Source: Lenisia limosa | Lineage: Eukaryota; Protista; Breviatea | Reading direction: 5' to 3' | Assembly (NCBI GenBank): GCA_001655205.1 | Contig: LPNZ01011431.1 | Coordinates: forward strand, 1-42,485 | DNA length: 42,485 bases | Notes under the pieces: model-generated | What the model was told of the DNA's origin: nothing | Seen by the model: only the letters and a program-made list of their open reading frames with translations | The model's database searches: none | Position numbers and translations under genes: made by a program | Shown: piece after piece, positions 1 through 9,657 of the stretch | How the letters are laid out: each line of letters opens with the position of its first letter | Numbering within the stretch: position 1 is the first letter of the stretch

Positions 1-134
1 GCGTTCGTCATGGGGTGCTCTTTTCCTCAATGTATCAACATACCTGAGAGATACTTAAAAAAAATGGTTTCATACTGTCAAGATCTCTATTCTCTATTGA
101 TAATGGTGCTTGGTAGCCGCCTTCCTTACTTTGC

Positions 135-480
135 AGGTGACGAAACCCCCACCGCCGAGACCCCAATAGAGGATGACGATTTCGCAGCCCCCTCCCAAAA
201 GGTTGGAACTCTCCCTGTACACCTCCGCTCAATCATTTCTGTCATTCTTGATCATGTTCTTGATATTTTGGAGGGTGACTAGTTTTTTATTTCAAACATT
301 ACATTCTTGCTTGTTGCCAGTGAGAGGTCAGTAGTACCATAAATATCGATATTTGGCAAGGATTTGTACGGGCGCTTTACCTTCTTAACCCAGCAGAAAC
401 GACGAAAGAAGAAGGCCAAGTCAGCCAAAACAAAAAAGGCCCTCTTTGCTGATGACGATGACGATGACCCATTTAAGTAG
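135..480 (+). CDS. 3' end of an unidentified spliced gene (acidic/basic C-terminal tail)
   Basis: Exon DETPTAETPIEDDDFAAPSQK bounded by ttgcag/gttgga; last exon QKRRKKKAKSAKTKKALFADDDDDDPFK* ending TAG 478-480. Upstream part is outside the window. Confidence 0.55.
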
Positions 481-872
481 ACCTCCCCTCTCCCCCTGTT
501 TTCCTGTCACGTGAAATGGATTTGTGTGACCTCTATTCACTAAAAAAAAACCAAGGCACCCAAAAAACAAGACAATTTCATGATACATACTTCTGGAGGA
601 ATCATACATTCGTGACAATACTTGGTAACTTTGTACATTTCTACAAAATATAATCCCATATTCGGTTTTTTGTTGGATTTCTGGGGGAAATGGCTGGGAA
701 ATACTGGGGAAAATGAGAAATTAAGAAACTGGTTTTGTGGCTTGGGGCTGATCAATTTATTTACATTAGTTACATTAGTGATATCACTTAAAATCTGAAC
801 CAAAATAATATATATTTAATAATAATAACAAGAGCGGAATATATTGTCTTTGTGTTGAGAAGGGCAAGAGTA

Positions 873-1850
873 ATGATGTATCTTCTTTGGCTTCTGGTGG
901 CTCTCCTACCTCTGCTAGCAACTACACTGTTTGTGGGGGTGTCGGAAGACTGGAAGGTGGAAGAAAAAGCATCTTGCATCTTGGGGATAAACTTGTTTAT
1001 ATTTATAACCCAAGCTTGCATCTTGCTTTCGCTGTATGTTTATCCTCTTTCATTTTTGGGCTAATTTCCATTTCAACTTTCTGACTACAATAATAACATA
1101 CATATTGGGTATCAATACTCATTCATCATATCTTGGTTATTATCACATCCGAAGGTTCAGCATCATTCACCTTTTCAAACTCAATCAGAGCCTCAAACAC
1201 AAATAATAGTACTCAAGGGGTTGTACAAAGGGTCTAACTAGAATTGTCATATTAGTGGAATATCTTTTAATTGTAATCTTTTAGAAAAGTTGACAGCTCC
1301 GGCCTTGCCGCAATCGAAGTAATTAACCCCACTTTAGATGCTCATCCCGTCACTGTTGTGGGTGGGACCGATAGACCGATAGTCTTAGGAGTCTGGATGT
1401 TGTATGATTTTGCAAAGAGAAAGGAAAAAAATTCAAACTATGTAACCGAAAAGGGTGTCATTGACATGCATCAGTCTTAAACCTAGTTGAGTTGAAGTTG
1501 CATTGGGTATAGGAGGAATATAGATACTAAAGCACAATATCCCTCCTAGATTGGGTCGGCTGGGATAATGAAATTGGTACAACAGAGCATTTGAAAGTGG
1601 TACCTGTTTACTTCTTGACTCTTCAGGAGTGGATGAAGAAGCGGATTTGCGACTATCTTCCAGTCAACATCCCTGCCGGTGAGTTGAAATTGTCTTGTGT
1701 TCGTTTGTCTCAGTTCGCTATATCATTTCCAGCCCGAAAAGGACCCATGCTTACTCCCAGGTGCCTCTCTATCATGCCCCAATGCTGATGCTGACGGCGG
1801 AAGAACATGCAAACTCATTTGCCCTGCAGGAGTATGTCCACGCATAGTAG
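873..1850 (+). CDS. N-terminal exons of a probably secreted protein (signal peptide); may be the 5' part of the RCC1-like gene
   Basis: ATG 873: MMYLLWLLVALLPLLATTLFVGVSEDW (hydrophobic signal-like); further spliced exons KVDSSGLAAIEVINPTLDAHPVTVVGG..., TISLLDWVGWDNEIGTTEHLKVVPVYFLTLQEW..., VRYIISSPKRTHAY... Linkage to downstream exons is inferred. Confidence 0.5.
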
Positions 1851-2425
1851 CAATATCCTCATGATGCATAATAGAATATCCTTGTTGTAGACGGCTTTGG
1901 CCTGATACAGTAACTGATGGAATTGATGTCATGTTTTATTAGCATTGTCTTCACAGTTCAGACACAATCGTCAGCCAGTTCCGTGACGTGTGATGGACTT
2001 CTTGGATGGACTGCTATGCCGACTTGTGTGTCCGCCTACTCCAGAAAGTCAGCATGGTGCAATATGTGGCTCTCTGTTCTCCGAGAATCTTGCTTATTTG
2101 TCCTCACTTTGAGCGCATTTCTTTTCATTCACGGTTTTAGGAAGTTTTTTGGATGCTCTGGATCCACTTCGTCTCTTATTGTTTGTGGGGCCTTGATAAT
2201 GCCTTATTATTGGTATATTAAGAGCACATAAACTCAAACGGGAAGCGTTAGATTGTTTGACCACCATCCTCGCAGGGTATTTCCGAAAACATACCCATCT
2301 CCGGTAAACTCCAATCGAAGACGACAAAACTCAATTGTCATTTGACACATTGTGCGAGTATCAGCTCAAGTTGGGGGGGGGGGCAATCAAGCCTCTTTAG
2401 ACTTTCAATACTCTGACCAATTCAG

Positions 2426-5400
2426 AGGGATATGCTCAGACGTTTGGTTCCGCTAACGACTATCAAGTTGGAGCCCTTTTACCATGCTTCATATTCACTT
2501 GCTTTTTTNNNNNNNNNNNNNNNNNNNNNNNNNNNNNNNNNNNNNNNNNNNNNNNNNNNNNNNNNNNNNNNNNNNNNNNNNNNNNNNNNNNNNNNNNNNN
2601 NNNNNNNNNNNNNNNNNNNNNNNTCAATAATATATTGTTTTCAGGCCCTCTAACCATATAGCTTGGCGGTATCCCCGAAACTACGACAATCTTCGATTTT
2701 TCGGGAACAGTTCTTTTTGTGGGTTCGATACAGTATGGCATGATTTATTATCAATGCAAGTGTATTCATTATCAGTGCAAATGTATTTATTATCAATGCC
2801 AATGTATTTAGTATTTACAATTTGTCCAAATTTCGTAACATCGCAGGAGGTTCCCATTATTGACATCAAAGCATCCAATAAAAAGACCTTTGTGCTTACT
2901 GGTGAGTCAGGGACCTCACCTATCCTACGGTATCTGAATAAGCTCCCCTCTCTCATCTTGACTCATTGCTCAGAAACAACCACAATATCATATGATATTA
3001 TGTAGTATGTATATGTGTATCCATCTCATATGATATCATATAGTATACATATCCTTCCTTTGCAATTTACACTGAAAGCCACTGGGGAGCTGTATGGCAT
3101 GGGCTACAACACCATGAATGAGCTGTTTATTTTGGCTTCCACTGACCCTGTAACTGTTCCAACTAAGGTTGGCAGGGCGTTAACTTCTTGTATTTATTAT
3201 CGATTGGGTTTGCTTCAATATAATAACTATGTTTCTTTTTCCTGCAGTCAGACTACACATTCCCTGTGGCGCTCACGTCAGGCGCAATCGTACCAACCGA
3301 GTATTCCACCGTTGTGGCTGGTGAGTGGTCTTAGTGCTGACTCTTTGTCGGACAGTTTTGTTGTAGCAGGTTGAGTTTGACCTTTCAGCTGAGGGTCGTT
3401 ATTTTGGCGTTGGTCGCAATACCGAGGAGCAGCTGGCTTCCCCTGCTTCCGTGCCTCTAGGTGATCGGATGCTTTCCTGCAAATAATCCTGCTTCAAGTT
3501 TTCTATCGGTGTTAATTCAACATAGAACAGCCATGTTGTGAGAACTATCATCTAATTTAATTGTATTATGTTGACGGTTTGTAGCGCCCTTCGAGTTGAC
3601 TCTGCCCGGCACGCCCTCTTCCTTCGTTCTCGGATTCCATTCCTGGGGCTTCATTGATGGTTGGTACCTGGGTTTTGACAATCAACAATCAAAAAATCAG
3701 TCGATACCGTAAAAGCCCGAATATAAGCAACCCCCTAATATAAACAACTCGGATTACCTAATATAAGCAACTTTTACAGGGACATAGTATATATTATTCC
3801 GAAAAGCTTAATTCTACAAAAGAATTGTCATCTACTTCAAAAGGATCATCAATATCAGTATAAGTGCCACAAAAGAAGTTTCTTCCAGCATCCATTTTGT
3901 CCACATCGGCGAATAAATCTTCAACCTTGTGTTTTATTAGTGACGGCAAGAGGCAAGTGAAAGAGTTTTTGACCTCTTCGTTGGAAAAAGCCTTCAACGA
4001 TTCAGAAAGTATTGGCAAAATAACTCAATTGAAGGTGACTTTAGGTTACCCCCCGCTGTAGTTTCTGTGTGGGTTTCCACTTTTTGTTGATCAAGTGGCT
4101 GAAGTAACCAAGTGTAACCCGAAGGGACAACGCATTGCTTCACATTTTCTTTCTTGCAATAGGTGGACACTTCCTCCACCATGTGGCCAGCAAAAGAATC
4201 CCAAACCAGAAGTGATGGAGTTTTTACCCCGAAGAATTTCGACTTTGCCATTTCGGGAACCCAAACATCTTCAATCCAACGTCTTGAAAGCTCTGAATTA
4301 TTCCAACCCGACTAAAACACCGAAGTATCGTTTCCCATCGTCTTTTTTCTCTTTGAAATAATCACAGGTGTGAGGAATTTTCCAGAATAACTGATAGCAA
4401 GAAGAATAGAATGCGAAATCGTGATTTCGGTTGCACAACGGTGACCTTTGAAGACCCTTTTTGATTCAAAGTCCTATTGATATTAGGAACAAGTTCAAGG
4501 GAGGTTTCATCCATATTATCAACATTACATGGTAAGCTGTCGGTCAACAAATTTTTTGAATTCCAAAATAACCTCAGGGTCGACCTCACTGCTTTGAGAA
4601 ACATGAGTTGTTCTTCGATAGACAAAATTGTTCCGAGACAGCATACCACGAATCCATTTTAACGAGGGTTGTTGACTGGCACTCAACCTATTAGATTGTT
4701 TCTTAACATCCTCAACGGAAACCGGACGTCCCCTTGGTCGTTGTGATCGAACCCATTCCATTAATTTAACTTCAAGGTCACCCAAGGTTGTTTTCCGATC
4801 AAGAGGAGAGTCTGAGGTAATTCTCAGTTTACGCTTTGAAGGAACATTGAACACTGCATCCTTTTGACTAACCTAACGTGATATCATTGACTTATTATTT
4901 CCTTGAAATTTTTCCATCATTCTTTTCCGCCCAATTTGTTCAACAGATTTTAATATTGCACGTTTTTTTTTCAATAGAGTAGGATTTTCGACTGGTTTGA
5001 TTTTTTTTTTTTGATTTTCTTGAACTGAGCCGCTTTCCAAATCGATGTCCTCAAAACCTTTTGGAGATTTAGTTTCCTTCAAATTGGAATGGGTGTTTGA
5101 GCTTGATTTTTGGACCTCATCTTCTGATTGAACTTTTTAGTGACAAAAAAAAATACCAATTTGACTTTTCCTCGATGATTCTTGAAAATTCGAAAAGACT
5201 GAGTCACTTTCGCTGAACTGAAGTTTATGCCCAAGCAAAAATACCGATTTTTTGAAAAGTTGCTTATACTCGGGCTTTTACGGTATTTCATTTTAATTTG
5301 TCGTCCCTTGGATTGACAAACCTCAGTTGACGGAACTGTCTGGCTCCGCGGGTACAGTTATGGTGGTACCCTCCCCGCCTTACGGAACGACTGGACCCAG

Positions 5401-5525
5401 GTACCGGGGTAACAGATTCGGTCTGGGGAGAATTTGAAAGCTCACCCTCCTCACACCTTAGTTGGTGTTCGATTCTGGTGTTGTTGGTTTTGTCAAGACT
5501 TTCTCTGGTGCCGCAGCCCTTTTAG
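2426..5525 (+). CDS. RCC1/BLIP-II-like beta-propeller repeat protein (multi-exon; probably continues to about 6770)
   Basis: Successive GT-AG exons with RCC1-like repeat signatures: GYAQTFGSANDYQVG, VPIIDIKASNKKTFVLT, ATGELYGMGYNTMNELF...TVPTK, EGRYFGVGRNTEEQLA, FVLGFHSWGFID, VDGTVWLRGYSYGGTL. Intron 3660-5326 contains the pogo element. Confidence 0.65.
3707..5283 (-). mobile_element. pogo/Tigger-family (Tc1/mariner superfamily) DNA transposon, 1577 bp, full length but inactivated
   Basis: 25-bp TIRs CCGTAAAAGCCCGA(A/G)TATAAGCAAC at 3707-3731 and 5259-5283 (1 mismatch), TA on both sides (3705-06, 5284-85); internal CENP-B-type HTH and DDE_1-type transposase fragments. Confidence 0.93.
3794..5082 (-). 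pseudogene. pogo-type DDE transposase pseudogene
   Basis: HTH region (..SMISR*VSQKD..; in-frame TAG at 4873-75 where Trp is expected; DLEVKLMEWVRSQR..SLKWIRGMLSRNNFVYRRTTH), NMDET motif, LLVWDSFAGH and VVPSGYTWLLQPLD motifs; fragments lie in different frames. Confidence 0.88.
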
Positions 5526-6870
5526 GTAGGGTATGCACTATGAAATTCAGACAATAATTGTCATAGTTTTCTTTCTCAATACTACTATTATATCGCACTC
5601 ATATGTGCCTCTTATTGATCTTAATCGATTCCTCCGAAGTTCCATTGTTACTACGGCTTCTTTGAACACTCTTTTCATTTTTTACTGAACTATGCTCAAG
5701 TTTTTTTTTTTTGCCTTTTTTTGTTTTTGTTTTAAGTTCGTGATGAGTATCCTTAACGCCAATATTCATTAAAATTCCTTGTTTTTACCCGCAATATTCT
5801 TCATCGAAATTTCCNNNNNNNNNNNNNNNNNNNNNNNNNNNNNNNNNNNNNNNNNNNNNNNNNNNNNNNNNNNNNNNNNNNNNNNNNNNNNNNNNNNNNN
5901 NGGGGTGGACGGAGGAACAGGCACACCCCAAGATGTCACCAGTGTTTTGAGTGATGTGAGCCTGGGTCTCATTGTCAAGGCCGTTTTCTTCAACTTATTA
6001 TTCAGTTCTCGGAAGCACCCATCACTGGCCTTGGTAGAGGAAGGCGGTCTATTTTCTTCATTTCTGGTAGGGGGCTCATTGTTTTTCAATATGATAGGGA
6101 TTTGATTGTGCGCGATTTCTTTAAAGTCCGCATAACGAGTTAGAAACTAACCTTGTGACGCGTTTGTCTGAGACGGCCGCAACTAACTGCAATGCTACCG
6201 AGGATGTTTTCATTAACCAGTACACCAGCGAATTCGGGGAGAAGGTGAGCCAGGAGTACTATTTGAATTCTGTGCATTGAATTTATTTTTGAATTATGTG
6301 TAGATAATGTCAAATCAACTAATTGTAGATAACGTCATTTCTTTCCAGCTAACCCCTTAGATCACGAATGCTGTTGGAGACTACTACACTATCTACTGGT
6401 CTGTTGAGAATGTCTAAAAAATGTCATTAGATGTGATAATATATATTTTTCTGTTCTACACCTTGTTCCAAGATACATGACATAATATTTATTCAATACA
6501 TAACCTTTACTGTTCTTCTGCTTAGTTTGCGAAAGTAGTACCACTCCAGCCAACTTCGTGTCTGGCAGGGGGGGGGGGGATAAAATTGGAAAGTTTATGG
6601 TATGCGGGCTAGNNNNNNNNNNNNNNNNNNNNNNNNNNNNNNNNNNNNNNNNNNNNNNNNNNNNNNNNNNNNNNNNNNNNNNNNNNNNNNNNNNNNNNNN
6701 NNNNAGTACTTGGTGTGTGAAAAATGGAACCAAAGAAGTAGCACAAATAATCCAGCATGACAATGGGTAGAAAACAAATTGGTTGCCAGCATGAGTTTCT
6801 AAATGGTTTCGTATATCGTAGTGTATCTTGAGATGTTAAATGCCTCAGTAGTCTTGAAAACCATCAATTA

Positions 6871-7992
6871 GAGGTTATGCGAAAAAAAATTTGCTCCCGT
6901 AAACTTTGTCGGAAGTAAAACCTTTCCGCTTCTGCTTCCGAAGACACGGGGAGTATATAGTCTAAGCCTGGGGAAACATTTTTGAGTCTGGATCGGATTC
7001 AGTCATGACTGTAGAGGGGGATTCGAGTCTCCCTGTAGCAGTTTTTTTTCCTCTTCGTATTCTTTTATTTCAGTGACTTTTTTTGAGTCAACTGTAGATT
7101 ATCCGAATAGTTCTCATGAGACAATAGAACATCTAACTAGAATCAACACTACCTCGAGATAAAAGTGTAACTCCTGCTATGGAAGCCTGATTTCTATTCC
7201 ATCGCTTATAATAACGTTTCCACTACCATTAAGATATTAATAACTACTACCAAGTAGGTTTTGTTCCTTACAAGATAAAGGTTTTTTCACCACGCTTAAC
7301 ACTTGTCTGTGTCCTGGTCTGTATCGCCACTGTCTTATATTTTGGTCCTAGACAGACCCGTCTTTAGAGACTCGGACTGAGAAACACCATGAATTGTTAC
7401 CCCAGGCTTAGAATATATACTCCCTATGTGCGAAGGCTTCCTGCAAGGAAAGTCTCTGAAAAGCTGGTTTTGAAAACAAGTTTTTTTGGCAACATTCTCC
7501 TCTCGGATTGTCCTCGGATGTATTAGAGTTGTCCTTCTTCTCCTCCATTTCCCCTCCAATAATCAATATTTGTTACTGGATATCAAATATATAAGTTGAA
7601 AATGATATTGTATGTTGTAGAATAAGCCTATTTGTCCTTGGGAGAGCTACGTTGAGTTTTTTACAAGACAGCAGTCTCTTTCTTCAGCAAAAACATCGTC
7701 ATTGACATTAGAATTACAATAAGGGAATTTAGAAGCAGTAAAAAGAGAAGTGACAACGACATCTGCATCTCCAACTCAACAAGTGTTCTTCCTCTGTCAA
7801 AATATCTACTCTCCTCGTTAAAAGTCTTTATTCGCGTTCTCTTCTTGTATCCAGGAACACAACATTGTGTATAAATGGTCCAGATTTGGGAGGAAATCTT
7901 CGCATAACCTAAACTCAAAAAACCGCCAGAAAACTTTCCAAAAAAAAACTTGCACAAAGTTTACGGGACAAAGTTTTGTTTCGCATAACCTC
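6871..7992 (-). mobile_element. TA-flanked TIR element (1122 bp), probable decayed Tc1/IS630-like transposon
   Basis: About 45-bp imperfect inverted ends starting GAGGTTATGCGAAA...CCCGTAAACTTTGT at 6871 and ending ...TTTCGCATAACCTC at 7992, TA at 6869-70 and 7993-94. Minus strand has frameshifted PLYSHD/LNPIQ (like PPYSPDLNPIE) near 6990-7025. Confidence 0.7.
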
Positions 7993-8067
7993 TATTGTCC
8001 GATCTCCTCTGTTTCGCATAACCTCTATTGTCTTGGGTGCCTCACCTAAATAAAAATTCCGATCTCC

Positions 8068-9121
8068 TCAGATGTCAAAGTACCGTCCGTTAACCCTTGT
8101 CCTAGCAAAACCCATTCATCCTCCCCATAATTCAGGATTATGTTTCTAACAAAAATAGGGTCGTACCTTGGGTAGTCTGAGAAGAAGCAATAATAACGGT
8201 CAGACTCGATATGCAGGGTGCGATGGAGGAGATCACATAAGCCCTTGCTGATAATCTTGTTTTCAGCCACACCAAGCTTGCCTGGGGGGGGGGGGNNNNN
8301 NNNNNNNNNNNNNNNNNNNNNNNNNNNNNNNNNNNNNNNNNNNNNNNNNNNNNNNNNNNNNNNNNNNGCTTAACATCTGCGAAACACACGAGTGTTGACA
8401 ACTAAACAAACAAAGACCAGGTCAGTCGCTTCTCAAGCTCATCAAGGTGAATACAGTCCAGTAATATGGCATAAGCGGCACGTAAACAAGACACAATATG
8501 ATTTTTTTGAGAGGAACGTCCAAAATTTTAGATTCCTTTGTGACAAGTTTTGATTTGAGTTTATTCTCCCTAGGGTTGGGCTTGAGAAGTTAAAATGGTG
8601 AACTGTGGCGAAGAAAAGAACATGGATTAAGTCCATTATTATCAAATCTCATGCTTGTCAGAACGGTGATATTTGTCAGAGCATTTCTTTTCCTTCCAAC
8701 AACTTAACTAGCAAAAAAAATCGGAGATAGACATGTGGGAAAAGTATACCAATGCTCTTGATCTCTGCGAGGCAGCAAGGGGAAGTATGGTCACCACCCA
8801 TGGACAGAGTGCTTGTGTTAGAGAGCTCCACCATCACGAACTAAAACGCGTCAATTGCATTTGATAGTGAGAAGACATAAGGGCGATGTGAGATTCGAAT
8901 GGGAAAATCAAAAGAGTTATCAAGCAGTCCCCAAGAGCTATGTACACAATTGCGTTGCAAACCTAACCAGTAACAGTGAAAGAGGTCCTCAATCAACTCC
9001 CCACGCCCACTTTCTCTGGCTTTCCAAGGAGCTGTGACATGCACTGTGAAGCCTCCTTGATGAACTCCGCTTTGGCAGCGGTTCCCATTTCAACGTTGGT
9101 CACGACTCGAAGGAATGGCAT
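8068..9121 (-). CDS. MIF: Macrophage migration inhibitory factor / D-dopachrome tautomerase family protein
   Basis: Exons MPFLRVVTNVEMGTAAKAEFIKEASQCMSQLLGKPEK; MVELSNTSTLSMGGDHTSPCCLAEIKSIG; ENKIISKGLCDLLHRTLHIESDRYYCFFSDYP follow the MIF layout including N-terminal Met-Pro. Gap at 8297-8387; last exon uncertain. Confidence 0.85.
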
Positions 9122-9657
9122 GATCTGCAAAGTGAAAAGTAGGACTTGAGACAGGCAACAAAGCAATGGCATTTGTTTGCCTTTAATAACAACAGAGCAT
9201 ACAATTTTGTATATTTGTAGGGGTTTTGGATACCGGTGGGTGGGCTGCCTGGTTGAAAAAGAAAAAAACGAAAAAAAAGGGGAAAAGCCATTAAATTCAA
9301 TTCACGTATTTGCACTATCCTCTCGTTTTGCCTTCTTTGTCTCTGAACCACCTGAGGTTCACAGCGGAGCATGCGAAGCCGCAAGCCGAGGAGTTTGTTC
9401 AGAGTGTCTTTGTCAATTGTTGCCATTTCCCAGCCATTTTTAAGGATCTGCAGATAGTTTCTTTGCATAGCATCATAGCAAAATGTATGCAACATGCAAC
9501 TCCCTTCCCCTATCGCAAGCCTCCTCCCAAAAAACTTACCAAAAAACTCAACCACCAATGTTGGACAAAACAATTGAGGAATCGCAATTATGTATTATCC
9601 ATTTCTTCAACAGCCCATACAATTCAAAAACAACCATAACTTTAACATGGAGAAACA

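Noticed and set aside
1850-2230. In-frame TGA/TAG in exon-like frames suggesting a variant genetic code or selenocysteine
   Set aside because: All three stops terminate well-supported genes here and short introns explain the interruptions.
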